Of a stretch of DNA of 64,000 nt, positions 9,801 through 17,814 are shown piece after piece. The stretch is taken from NCBI GenBank assembly GCA_964651475.1, contig CAZYXV010000019.1, forward strand, positions 11,837 to 75,836, given 5' to 3'. This stretch comes from an uncultured Anaerolineae bacterium. GTDB taxonomy: Bacteria > Chloroflexota > Anaerolineae > Fen-1058. The position numbers and the translations under genes were made by a program. Each line of letters begins with the position of its first letter. Position 1 is the first letter of the stretch. Under the pieces are notes generated by a model. The model was not told where the DNA came from and made no database searches. It saw only the letters and a program-made list of their open reading frames with translations.

Positions 9801-10394
9801 AATAAAGCTTTCGTAGATGGGTGTGTCGTCTTGCATCGTGTAGCTGATCGCCACGCCGTTGCCGAACATAAAGTTATCGAACCACTGCGGGTCAAAGTCA
9901 TCGGTCCAGATGCTCTGGCCAGAGCGATCATCCAGCGCGCGCGGCCGCTCGATCATGTTGTGCAGCGGGCCGGTGTAGGTGAAGGTTGTGGTTTGGGTGA
10001 TGATGTTGGAACAGTCGCCGGTGGTGCCGGTGTATTCGTTCTCGTCGGCAATGCCTAGTGGATCCCAGGCATCGCCAGGATTCCAGGTGACCACGTCTGT
10101 GCCATCGAACTCGACCAGGATCACCAGCACGCGGTCGGTGCCGCTCTGGGCCAGCGCCGCCGCTTCGGCCGTCTGTCCGGCTTCCAGCAAACGCTGGCGC
10201 TCGCGCATGCGCAAATAATCCTTTACATTCGGCTGGTCAATCGGCTTGACCTTTTGAGTACCCGGCACGACGTCGGCCGGTTTAACGATCACTTCGTCCC
10301 CCGGCGCGGGCGGATTGGCCCCCACCGGCAGGACCGTCAATATGCTGCTGAGCAATACGACAATCGTCAATACGTTAAATAACCTGCGTTGCAT
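6891..10394 (-). CDS. Secreted zinc metalloprotease, M6 (immune inhibitor A/InhA-like) family, large multidomain (1167 aa) with DUF11-like repeats
   Basis: Signal peptide (MQRRLFNVLTIVVLLSSILTVLPVGA); HEYGHNLGAWDLY matches the M6 HEXXHXXGXXD zinc-binding motif; C-terminal tail ...GYMIYLPIIMKNN. Confidence 0.7.
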   Translation of the reverse strand: MQRRLFNVLTIVVLLSSILTVLPVGANPPAPGDEVIVKPADVVPGTQKVKPIDQPNVKDYLRMRERQRLLEAGQTAEAAALAQSGTDRVLVILVEFDGTDVVTWNPGDAWDPLGIADENEYTGTTGDCSNIITQTTTFTYTGPLHNMIERPRALDDRSGQSIWTDDFDPQWFDNFMFGNGVAISYTMQDDTPIYESFIGQSVTDYYSDLSSGVYTITGDVIGWLKVPHSTWWYGADSCPGNRSGLSSGAGADGDMPNAGSTKTLVRDALDAVNAISNTIPNFSWANYDLDGDGIINRLWIVHAGYGEEDGTALLNRDPTDPDDPTRTTPVPEAFYGEAAVWSHSSAVTPPYSVTQDVAAGPYIMMPENGGIGVFAHEYGHNLGAWDLYAYGEGQTSTGFWSLMSDDWTGFPIGFEPPAVDPTHLDLWGWLEPLVITDTTREYTFYLGQASYYSTNTSPDPSRTYRGAKIELPDAVIPMAVPVWQGDYYWWGGKLDQANAMMTTANPIAIPAGGATLSFDLVYEIEDEWDFLWIQASDDGGTTWDTLTNANTQCDHDPGWIGGNYGFPDDLCGAGLGGFYGYNANWPDPEAQTFDLAAYAGQNILLRFWFMTDWATTYTGAFVDNVAVMDGATTIFADNAEAGDANWVYADPWVRSDGTTGFTHNYYVQWRNVNENGGYDSALGEDRWRFGPANTGMLVWYNNNSKSDTEIFNYLAEWPSWGPKGNTLVVDAHPEPYREPDMVAAGYDNEGGNVTSRGQMRDAPFTLQDTVDFTYTTVYAFPFTTTLFTNHFEGRPAVSEFNDALGYYPGAEYVSRGPGYVPPSYKWVTKQWDASVVIPAKASYPLNAPGYDGVSNSPDSEFRFDCASTNTGRLGCYWYNANTGLGYYGGTGNPGDYGVQYGWHVELLEEGADHTWALVHVSNPGLYEVSVTPLNISMPGTHMITYTLDLMNAGALTQTHYFSFTLDPALTYVSHDWTGGTAHLPILEWEGDVPPGGVMYTLVASVTVGLGDPPVALITHFAHEDAAMGRTTDELVTYVGLHPDVWVTKSGPATAELGDVVTFTVNYGNNGYAPAHDVMITDTVVASGTAVWQHAWPISGTLDVGDVFTVYVPITITVSGMTVTNHIEITTSDWDMDFTDNTDMTETWVEEVTPTGYMIYLPIIMKNN

Positions 10395-10569
10395 TCTTAT
10401 GTCCTCCTGAAGACTAGAAAATGGGTTAATACGCCATTGCCCTTTACACGCTTGTCACGTTTCCGCCAACCACCTCCTTTCGTTCACGTTAGCCTGAAAA
10501 GTCAACGACCTCGAGAAACTGCACCAGCCTGTCTTGCCGGGCCTTGGCAAGCAAGCCAGCGCCGCTCTT

Positions 10570-10708
10570 TTAGGGGCGTGGAAAAAATAAACTGTCCCAA
10601 AATTCCCGTAGGAGCGCCCTTTGGGCGCGATAGTCGCGCCTGCCCGCCTGGCGGCCAGACAGGAAAGGCGCTCCTACGTGGCGACATTGGGACAATTATT
10701 TTCTTCCG
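10570..10708. repeat. ~140-bp long imperfect inverted repeat (MITE-like element or bidirectional terminator)
   Basis: GGAAAAAATAAACTGTCCCAA (10570-10590) pairs with reverse complement of TTGGGACAATTATTTTCTTCC (10688-10708); inner GTAGGAGCGCC (10598-10608)/GGCGCTCCTAC (10668-10678) plus internal hairpin GGCGCGAtagTCGCGCC. The overlapping track ORFs 10389..10718(+) and 10502..10711(-) are probably artefacts of this element. Confidence 0.5.
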
Positions 10709-10714
10709 CATCCC

Positions 10715-11392
10715 TTAACCGCCTCGACTGACCTTCCAGGATCCCGCGGATGAGTCGTAGCGCATGGAAAAAGTCCAGTCCACGGGTTCTTGAATCTCGT
10801 TCGCCTGGTGCCAGCTTTTGGAACCAATGTCAAAAGCCCAAAAGAGGCCGCTCTGTATGTGCACCTTCAAGGTACACTCTACATCCGACGCGCAGCCGCT
10901 CACCTCTACGGTGTACTGCGCCTTTTCAATAAACCCCGGCGCGCTCATGGCGCCGGGCGCGAACATTTGCCCGACCGATTGCAATTGCGCCGCCAGTCCC
11001 TCGTCCGTGTAAAAACGATTGAATTGTTCGACCCACCATCCCTTCTCATCGGGCCGGCCGCTCGCGCTGACTGATTCGTAGCTATTGATCGCGCGGAACA
11101 TTTCTTCCCAATCCGCAATGATGGCCTGGCTGAGCTCCTCGGATGGTTTGTACGGCGTGGCCGTAACTGCCCCTCCAACTCCAGCCGTTGCCCTGGCCCG
11201 GGCCGTGGCCGCCAGCACCGGCGACATTCGCCGCGTGGCAGTGGGTGTGGGAAGCGGCGCAGACGTATGGATCACTGCGGCGGGCGCCACGGCGATGGTC
11301 GGCGTTGCGGCGGCCGGCGTCACGCTGGCCGGCGCGTTACAGGCCGAAAGCGCGAGCGAGCCTATTGAAACTATAATGACAAATAACATTCC
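10715..11392 (-). CDS. Hypothetical lipoprotein (Ala/Pro/Thr-rich linker plus globular domain)
   Basis: Likely start at internal Met MLFVIIVSIGSLALSAC (lipobox LSAC); no recognisable catalytic motif. Confidence 0.45.
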   Translation of the reverse strand, partial: GMLFVIIVSIGSLALSACNAPASVTPAAATPTIAVAPAAVIHTSAPLPTPTATRRMSPVLAATARARATAGVGGAVTATPYKPSEELSQAIIADWEEMFRAINSYESVSASGRPDEKGWWVEQFNRFYTDEGLAAQLQSVGQMFAPGAMSAPGFIEKAQYTVEVSGCASDVECTLKVHIQSGLFWAFDIGSKSWHQANEIQEPVDWTFSMRYDSSAGSWKVSRGG

Positions 11393-11554
11393 CCCAGGAA
11401 TAGCCCTGTGGCATTTTGGCAATTGGCACATTCTCATCAGAATAACAAGCTGGTTTTTTGCGAGATAAAACAAATACGCCGGCGCCCGGATTGGGAGCCT
11501 AAACCGTTTTGAGGAAACGAAACGGTTGGCAGGCCGCCCGTATCATCTCAAAAT

Positions 11555-11615
11555 GTAGGGGCGACTCTTGCGGTCGCCCATATGAGGGCAGGGGCAAGCC
11601 CTGCCACTACCCCGG
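11555..11615. repeat. REP-like palindromic element related to 6661-6777, in inverted orientation
   Basis: GTAGGGGCGACTCTTGCGGTCGCC and GGGCAGGGGCAAGCCCTGCC match the reverse complement of hairpins at 6690-6745. Confidence 0.45.
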
Positions 11616-11845
11616 ATTATTGAGAAGATACGGCCACCCTTTATCATGCCATATTCCAAAAGAATTGTCAATGGCTCACCTTGGCATCTGCTCTATCCTG
11701 GCACACAGCAGTTGTCAAGGCAACGACCATGTGCTATAGTGTATAGAAATCGCCAGCTTGCTGTACCGGATTGGTTTTTGTCTACTCAGTATAACGGGAA
11801 AAAAGCGGGCCGGATACGGCCTGAAACGTAATAAGGAGGAACCCA

Positions 11846-14800
11846 TGTTTTGCCCAAAATGCGCCCATCCTAACCCGTCCGATGCTACAACGTGCCACAA
11901 GTGCAAGCACGATATCCACGACGCGCGCGACCGCGTGTTCATCGGCCGCGAATTTATCTTTGTGCAGGCCGACGAGCGCCGCCCCGTCGCGCTCAAGGTA
12001 GACGGCGCCGTACAAACGTATCGCGCCGCCGCCATCCTTTCACGGCACCAGCACGCGGTCAGTTTTGGCGACGCGCCCCCTGCAAGCAAAAAGCAGCGCG
12101 AAAGGTGGCCCTTGCCCGATCAACCCCAACTGCCTCTGCCATCGCTCAAGCTGCTGACCGTCGTCAGCGACCGCAAGATTTACAAGCCCAGCACCGAAGC
12201 GCACCTGTTCATCGTCGCGCCGGACGCGGCGGAAAAACAAGCCGCGCTCGAAATCAAGCTGGCGGGGCAAAAGGTGTACGAAGCCAGCGTGGCGCTCAAC
12301 CGGGATGGCCTGGCGCTGCACTGTTATCCGGATCTAAAAGAAGGCGAATACACGGCGCACGTCACGCTGCCCGGCGGGCAGGCCGAGTGTTCGTTCAGCG
12401 TGGCCGAGTTCACGCTTTCTCCGCTAATCGCTACGCTGGAAAAGCACGAATACGCCAAAAAGCGCCTCACCTTCACGCTCAAGCTGCTCTTGCTGTCTGC
12501 GCCTTACTCTGGCGAGGTCGAGCTTGGCTTGCAGTGCCAGGTGTGCGGCGAGCGCGTGGTGGCCACGCAAAAAGTCAAGGCCCAGGAGGGCGTGGCGCGC
12601 GGCGACTTTGACCTTTCGGGGCACGGCGGGCCGTTCCACGTGCAAATCACCACGCCCGACGGCAACACGGCGCTGGTGTCGTTCCCCGGCACAGGCGCCG
12701 TCGAGCGCGAGCACATCAAGATTAACCGATTGGGTCAAGAGTACGAGGCAGGGTTATTGCCGTGGGAAGGCGCCGAGCCTGTGCGCGGATTTTACATCGG
12801 CCCCGGCGCGATGAACGTGACGCCGCTGACGCTGGAAAGCGTCCACGCTGAAAGCGGCAAGTTAAAAGCGGCAAGCGACATATCATCGGCGCAGGTGGTA
12901 TCGTTCAATCCGCGCGCTCTGACGGTCACGCTGGACGAGGTAAAGAGTCTCAAGCGCGGCGACACAATCGAGTTTGCCGTAGACGCGCCATACACACTGT
13001 TCACCGTCGGCGCGTTCACCAAAGACAAGCCATTTGAAGGCTGGGGTATCGTCGTCAAACCAGTGGCGTTCGAGGCCGCGCTGACCGCGCCCCCAACGGC
13101 CCAACCCGGCCAAGAGATTGGGATTCAAATTTCCGAGTCTGGCGCTGGCGCGTTTTGCCTGCTGCTCGTTTACGACGCCCGGCTGGAACACGAAAGCCCC
13201 ACGCCCAAGCTGGCCAGGCGCATTTACGAAAGCGTGCGCGACGCCACCGGCAATCTGACCGCCGGCCAGGTGCCCAGCGCGAGAGAGCAAAAGCAATTTG
13301 TGCCAGAGGACGTGGTATTGGGAGGAGTGGATGGCATGCCGATGATGCCTTTTGCGGTGAGATCGCCGATGGCCGTGATGCGCGCCGCCGCGCCTCAGGG
13401 ATACGCCATGGCTGAAGAAGCCGAAGCCATGCCCACCAAATCCCTGGCCCAGACCGCCGTCGCCCAGGCGCCGACGATGGTGGTGGCGCCCACGCGCATG
13501 GAATTCCCCGAGCTGGCCTACATCGAAATGTTTTATCTCGAAGGCCAGGCCTCGCGCACCGTCAGGCTGGGCGACCAGATTGGCACGTGGCGCGCGCGGG
13601 CTTATGTGTTCAAGGGAGCAGACTATCGCGAACTCACTGCAGACGTCCAGGCCGACAAGCCCCTCTACGCCGAACTCGATCTGCCGGCGATTGCCAGCAC
13701 CGGCGACGACATCACGGCCGCCGTCAATTACTTTACCCGCGAGCCGGCCGAGCTGGTCGTCACGTCGCTGTTCGGAGAAACGCGCCACCGGGTGACGGGC
13801 GCGGGCGCTGAGCATTTCTCCATCCAAGGCCCGGGCCGCGTGGAGGTGCGCATCGAAAATCCGCATGGCTCGGATTGGAGTGTGCGAGACGTCGCCCCGC
13901 CCGGCGTGCAAAAAGTGACCGCCTCGCGCCTGGTGATCCTGGACAAGGGGCAAACCGCGCAAGGCGAAAAGGTGGTGATTTACGCTTCGATGGGGCAGGT
14001 GCTCAAAGACACCATTACGGCCCTCATTCACTATCCGTTTGGTTGAGCGGAGCAAACCTCGTCGGCCCTGTATGGGCTGGCTATAGCTTATCGCGGCATC
14101 ACCGGCGGCGTCGTGCCGGGCGACCTGGCCACCACGCAGGGGCGCATCCTGGCTGGCCTGCAGCGCCTGTCTACGTTCCAATATCCAGACGGCATGTACG
14201 CCATCTGGTGCGGCGGCCAGCCGGGCGTAGACATCACCTCGCGCGTGGCGCATCGCCTGTTGGGATTGCGCGGGCTGCCGTTCCCAATGTCCGAAGACAT
14301 GTTGATCAAGGCCAAAGACGCGCTGCTCAAGACCAAATACCACGATAATTCGCTCTTGCCGCTCGATGCGGGCTTTGGCAAAAAGATGGAAAGCGCCGAG
14401 GACGCGGTGGCGTATTATTTCGCGGGGAATGGCCAGCGCGACAAGGCGCTCCAACTCTTGCGCAAGACCGTTCAACGCGAAGGCAGCAAGGTCTATTGGA
14501 AAGCCACCTCCTCCTGGGGCGGGAACCTGGAAGTGAGCGCCGACGCGGCGAGGGTCATGTACCACGCTAAAGACGAGCTGTTCCGCCCGGCGTTCGCGTT
14601 CGTCACCGGCAAGCTGGTCAACGGCATGTTGTATTCCACCGCCGACACGCGCGCGCTGGTGCACTTGCTCGCCTCGCTCCAGTTCGACCCGGCCACGCGG
14701 GCGGTGATTGACGGGCAAGAAGTAGCGTTGGGCGACCCTTCGGCAGGCTCAGGGCAAGTCGTCACCGTCGGCAAGCAAGTGACGGCGCTCAGCGACAACT

Positions 14801-15159
14801 TGATTGTGCGCCTGGACGAAGAGATCGAGATCAATCACCTGGAGCCGCGCGCCGATTTCCAATTCGAGGTCAAGCCCACCAAGACCAAACTGGACGTGGG
14901 CGAACGCATCCAGATCACCGTCACGCCCAAAGAGCAGACGATTGCCCCGCTGGCGCGGCTGTTCTTGCCCGGCAACCTGGCGCTGCTCAAGGGCGGCGCC
15001 AACGCGCAGACGGCGCACTTGCCCATCGAGCGCAAGGAACTCGTCGTAGACGCGGTGGCCGTCAGGCCGGGGCGCGGCAAGCTCTACGTTTCGGTCCACG
15101 ACATGTACGACGCGGATAAAGTCGGCACCATGCCGGGCATTGAAATCAGCGTCAAGTAA
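11846..15159 (+). CDS. Alpha-2-macroglobulin-family protein with N-terminal zinc ribbon and no signal peptide; reading frame interrupted by an in-frame TGA (14044-14046) exactly at the thioester cysteine codon. Candidate selenocysteine recoding, or a pseudogene, or a sequencing error.
   Basis: Strong RBS AAGGAGG before ATG 11846; N-term CPKC...CHKC; Met/Ala-rich bait-like region (AVMRAAAPQGYAMAEEAEAMP); ...LIHYPFG-TGA-AEQTSSALYGLAIAY aligns with the canonical P-x-G-C-G-E-Q-N/T-M thioester motif; downstream TED-like QYPDGMYAIWCGG. ORFs 11758..14046 and 14113..15159 are in the same frame and read through continuously. Confidence 0.6.
14061..14081 (+). other. Candidate bacterial SECIS-like hairpin 3' of the in-frame UGA
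   Basis: GUCGGCCC (14061-68) / loop UGUAU (G at loop position 2) / GGGCUGGC (14074-81): 8-bp stem including G-U pairs, apical loop 23 nt after the UGA. This fits the 16-37 nt spacing of minimal bSECIS models as I recall them. Confidence 0.3.
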
Positions 15160-15162
15160 CCC

Positions 15163-16578
15163 ATGCGTCCATCGCGCCACGCTCGTATTCGCCGCGTGCC
15201 GCCTCCCGCTCGCCGCTTTAGCTGGCAGGGGGCGGCCGCCTTTGGAATCGTCGTGCTGACGTTGGCGGCCGCCCTGGGCGCTACCGCCATCTATGTTCTG
15301 CGGATGCTTCCCCCGCGTTACATCGTCGCCTACTTGCCCGAACCGCTTCAGGGGCTTGCCAGCCGGCCGCGCGTCGAGTTGCCCACGCCAGTCGCCACGC
15401 TGCCTTCCCATCAACTGGCCGCGCTGCTCACGCCGGTTGCAACCAGCCAGCCAGCAGATCAGCCAACCCCAACGGCGAGCCTCGCCCCCTCGCCCATGCC
15501 CGCCGCCCTCTCGTCTCCCGCTCCGCTTGCCGCTTCTCCCACCCCCACCACCACGCCCACGCCCACGCCCACGCTCACCCTCACGCCGGCCTACGCGCCC
15601 GGCCCCGCACAGATAGCGCGCAGCACGCCGGCGGTACTATCCGACACGAGCATACTCTTGACCGGCTTTACCCACGCGTACCAGACGTGGAACAATTGCG
15701 GGCCGGCCACGCTGGCCATGGCCCTGAGCTACTTTGGCTGGGCCGGCACGCAAAAAGACACCGCCGCCTTTTTAAAGCCCGACCCCGAGGATCGCAATGT
15801 ATCGCCGGACCAGGTCATCACTTATGTGCGTTCGCAGGGCTACCACGCCATGCTGCGCTCGGGCGGCACGCTGGATATTCTCAAGGCGATGTTGCACGCC
15901 GGCTTGCCGGTCCTTATCGAAAAAGGATTCGAGCCGGACGACAAGTTGGGCTGGATGGGCCACTATTTGTTGATCGTGGGCTATAGCGAGCCGCGCCAAG
16001 AGTTTGTGGCCATGGATTCGTACCTGGGACCGTCGCAATCCGCGCCGTTCGCCGAGACCGACCGCTACTGGCGGCAGTTCAACCGGACGTACATTGTGAT
16101 TTACGAAACCGCCGACCAGGAATTGATGGTGTCGCAGCTGATCGGCAGTTCAGCCAGCGACGCCGCCATGCATCAAAACGCCATGGCCGCCGCCCAGGCC
16201 GAAGTCGCCGCCAACCCACAAGACGCTTTCGGCTGGTTCAATATCGGGACGAATTACGAAGCGATGGGAATGCACGCCGAGGCCGCCGCCGCTTACGACC
16301 GCGCGCGGCAATTGGGTCTGCCCTGGCGCATGACGTGGTACCAGTTCGGCTGGTTCGAGGCTTACCTGGCCACGGGGCGATACGACGACGTATTGGCGCT
16401 GGCCGACGCCACGCTCAAGTCTAATCCGTACTCTGAAGAAATGTATTATTACAAGGGACGCATGCACGCCGCGCGCGGAGAGCTAGACGCGGCGCGCGAG
16501 CAATATCAACTGGCGCTCCAGCACAATGCCTACTTTTCCGCCGCGCAGCAAGCCCTGATGGCGTTAGGCAATCCATAG
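15163..16578 (+). CDS. Membrane-anchored peptidase C39-like domain protein with Pro/Thr linker and C-terminal TPR repeats
   Basis: N-terminal TM helix; YQTWNNCGPATLAMALSYFGW matches the C39-like catalytic Cys region; C-terminal TPR-like helices; 4-bp gap to the A2M-like gene suggests an operon. Confidence 0.6.
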   Translation: MRPSRHARIRRVPPPARRFSWQGAAAFGIVVLTLAAALGATAIYVLRMLPPRYIVAYLPEPLQGLASRPRVELPTPVATLPSHQLAALLTPVATSQPADQPTPTASLAPSPMPAALSSPAPLAASPTPTTTPTPTPTLTLTPAYAPGPAQIARSTPAVLSDTSILLTGFTHAYQTWNNCGPATLAMALSYFGWAGTQKDTAAFLKPDPEDRNVSPDQVITYVRSQGYHAMLRSGGTLDILKAMLHAGLPVLIEKGFEPDDKLGWMGHYLLIVGYSEPRQEFVAMDSYLGPSQSAPFAETDRYWRQFNRTYIVIYETADQELMVSQLIGSSASDAAMHQNAMAAAQAEVAANPQDAFGWFNIGTNYEAMGMHAEAAAAYDRARQLGLPWRMTWYQFGWFEAYLATGRYDDVLALADATLKSNPYSEEMYYYKGRMHAARGELDAAREQYQLALQHNAYFSAAQQALMALGNP

Positions 16579-16727
16579 AGCCATTTCAAGGCCTTGGTCA
16601 TCGTTTCGGCCATTTTCACCGCAGAGGCGCAGAGGCCGCCGGGTTTTCAATTGATTTTCCTCCGCGTTCCCCGCGTCTCTGCGGTGCACTACACCCCGTG
16701 TGGCCCACAGGATGACCAACACCCATT

Positions 16728-17618
16728 TCAAGGTTGCACCACTAGGGCGTTTCTGGCCAAAAAAGCGCCGTCAAACAAAATCGGCACTGGTTTGCTGCGC
16801 CGCCCATCCGTTTGAATGTGTAGATGGGGACGCCAGCTCTTGCCCGAGTTGCCCACCTTGGCCAGCGGATGGCCAACCTCGACCCGGTCCCCCACCTCCA
16901 CCACCACGCTCCCCTTGAGCAAATGCCCTAACAAAATCCGAATGTCGCCGCATTGCAGCACCACGCGGTTCATGGCCCTGCTGGCCATAAACAACTTGTT
17001 CACGGGAGAATCGGGAATGACATTCATGACCTCGACCACTTGTCCCTCACAAGGACTATAGACAGTCGCCCCGTAGATTACATAGTCGTCCACCTCCGAG
17101 GCGGCAAACCCATTGCTATGTCTTCCCCAGCCATTCAACGCTTCGATATCCACAGCGTACGTCGTCGAGTCGCTCATGAGGTGGCCGTTGAGCAGCGGGT
17201 GGCTGCCCCCATCGGCGATATAATAGATGCCGCCTTTTAGAGGGAAGGCAAGAGAAACAGGCTCACCTTCGTACCTGTACCCCCACAGGATACTCAGATC
17301 GAAAAAGATCAACACAGCCGCAATCGCCAGGCTAATGCCTGTGAGCAGCCAGCCGCCCGCGCTTTCGTGCCAAAAAGGTCGCGGCCTCACCCGCCAGTAA
17401 GCGGCGCGCGCCACGATTACAAACACTGCCACGAGAACGTACCTCAGCACGTAGCCGAGCATGGACCAGGTGCCGACCATAAAGCGCTGCATCACCACCG
17501 CCCCGCACACGCCGGCGCGCAGCAGCCAATCCACCTTGCGCTGGTCCCGGTCGAACCACAACCAGGCCATCAATCCAAGCGGAATCAGCAAATCAGCAAT
17601 GACCGCATCAGATAACAT
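16728..17618 (-). CDS. Membrane-bound M23 (LytM-type) metallopeptidase
   Basis: Four N-terminal TM helices; C-terminal HPLAKVGNSGKSWRPHLHIQ matches the M23 GNSG-x-S-x-GPHLHF motif. Confidence 0.75.
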   Translation of the reverse strand: MLSDAVIADLLIPLGLMAWLWFDRDQRKVDWLLRAGVCGAVVMQRFMVGTWSMLGYVLRYVLVAVFVIVARAAYWRVRPRPFWHESAGGWLLTGISLAIAAVLIFFDLSILWGYRYEGEPVSLAFPLKGGIYYIADGGSHPLLNGHLMSDSTTYAVDIEALNGWGRHSNGFAASEVDDYVIYGATVYSPCEGQVVEVMNVIPDSPVNKLFMASRAMNRVVLQCGDIRILLGHLLKGSVVVEVGDRVEVGHPLAKVGNSGKSWRPHLHIQTDGRRSKPVPILFDGAFLARNALVVQP

Positions 17619-17706
17619 TTATCCTCACCACTATGCTGCGTTCATTGCCTGAGCTTACCAGAAAATTCAACTTTTGACTAGCCGGCTGGAGAGGGCGTCG
17701 GCCCAC

Positions 17707-17737
17707 CTTCCTGGAAGCTCGGAGCTTCCAGGAAGGT
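17707..17737. repeat. 31-bp perfect palindrome CCTTCCTGGAAGCTC-G-GAGCTTCCAGGAAGG (copy 1)
   Basis: Seen directly; near-identical copy at 25578-25608; sits in the divergent intergenic region upstream of the giant membrane-protein gene. Confidence 0.6.
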
Positions 17738-17814
17738 AAATCCGCTCATTTTGTGTTATACTAGCCTCAGCCCAATCGCGGCGCGCAAGCCCATATCCAA
17801 ATGACCGAGGAGAT

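Noticed and set aside
10389-10718. Track ORFs 10389..10718(+) and 10502..10711(-)
   Set aside because: They lie entirely within the long inverted-repeat element. Their symmetric, mutually antisense nature is a consequence of the palindrome, not coding.
14044-14046. TGA as an alternative genetic code (UGA=Trp/Gly) explaining the A2M readthrough
   Set aside because: TGA is used as the terminator of many well-supported genes in this window (e.g. GNAT, NYN, NB-ARC genes), so a global reassignment is not supported. Only selenocysteine, pseudogenisation or sequencing error remain.
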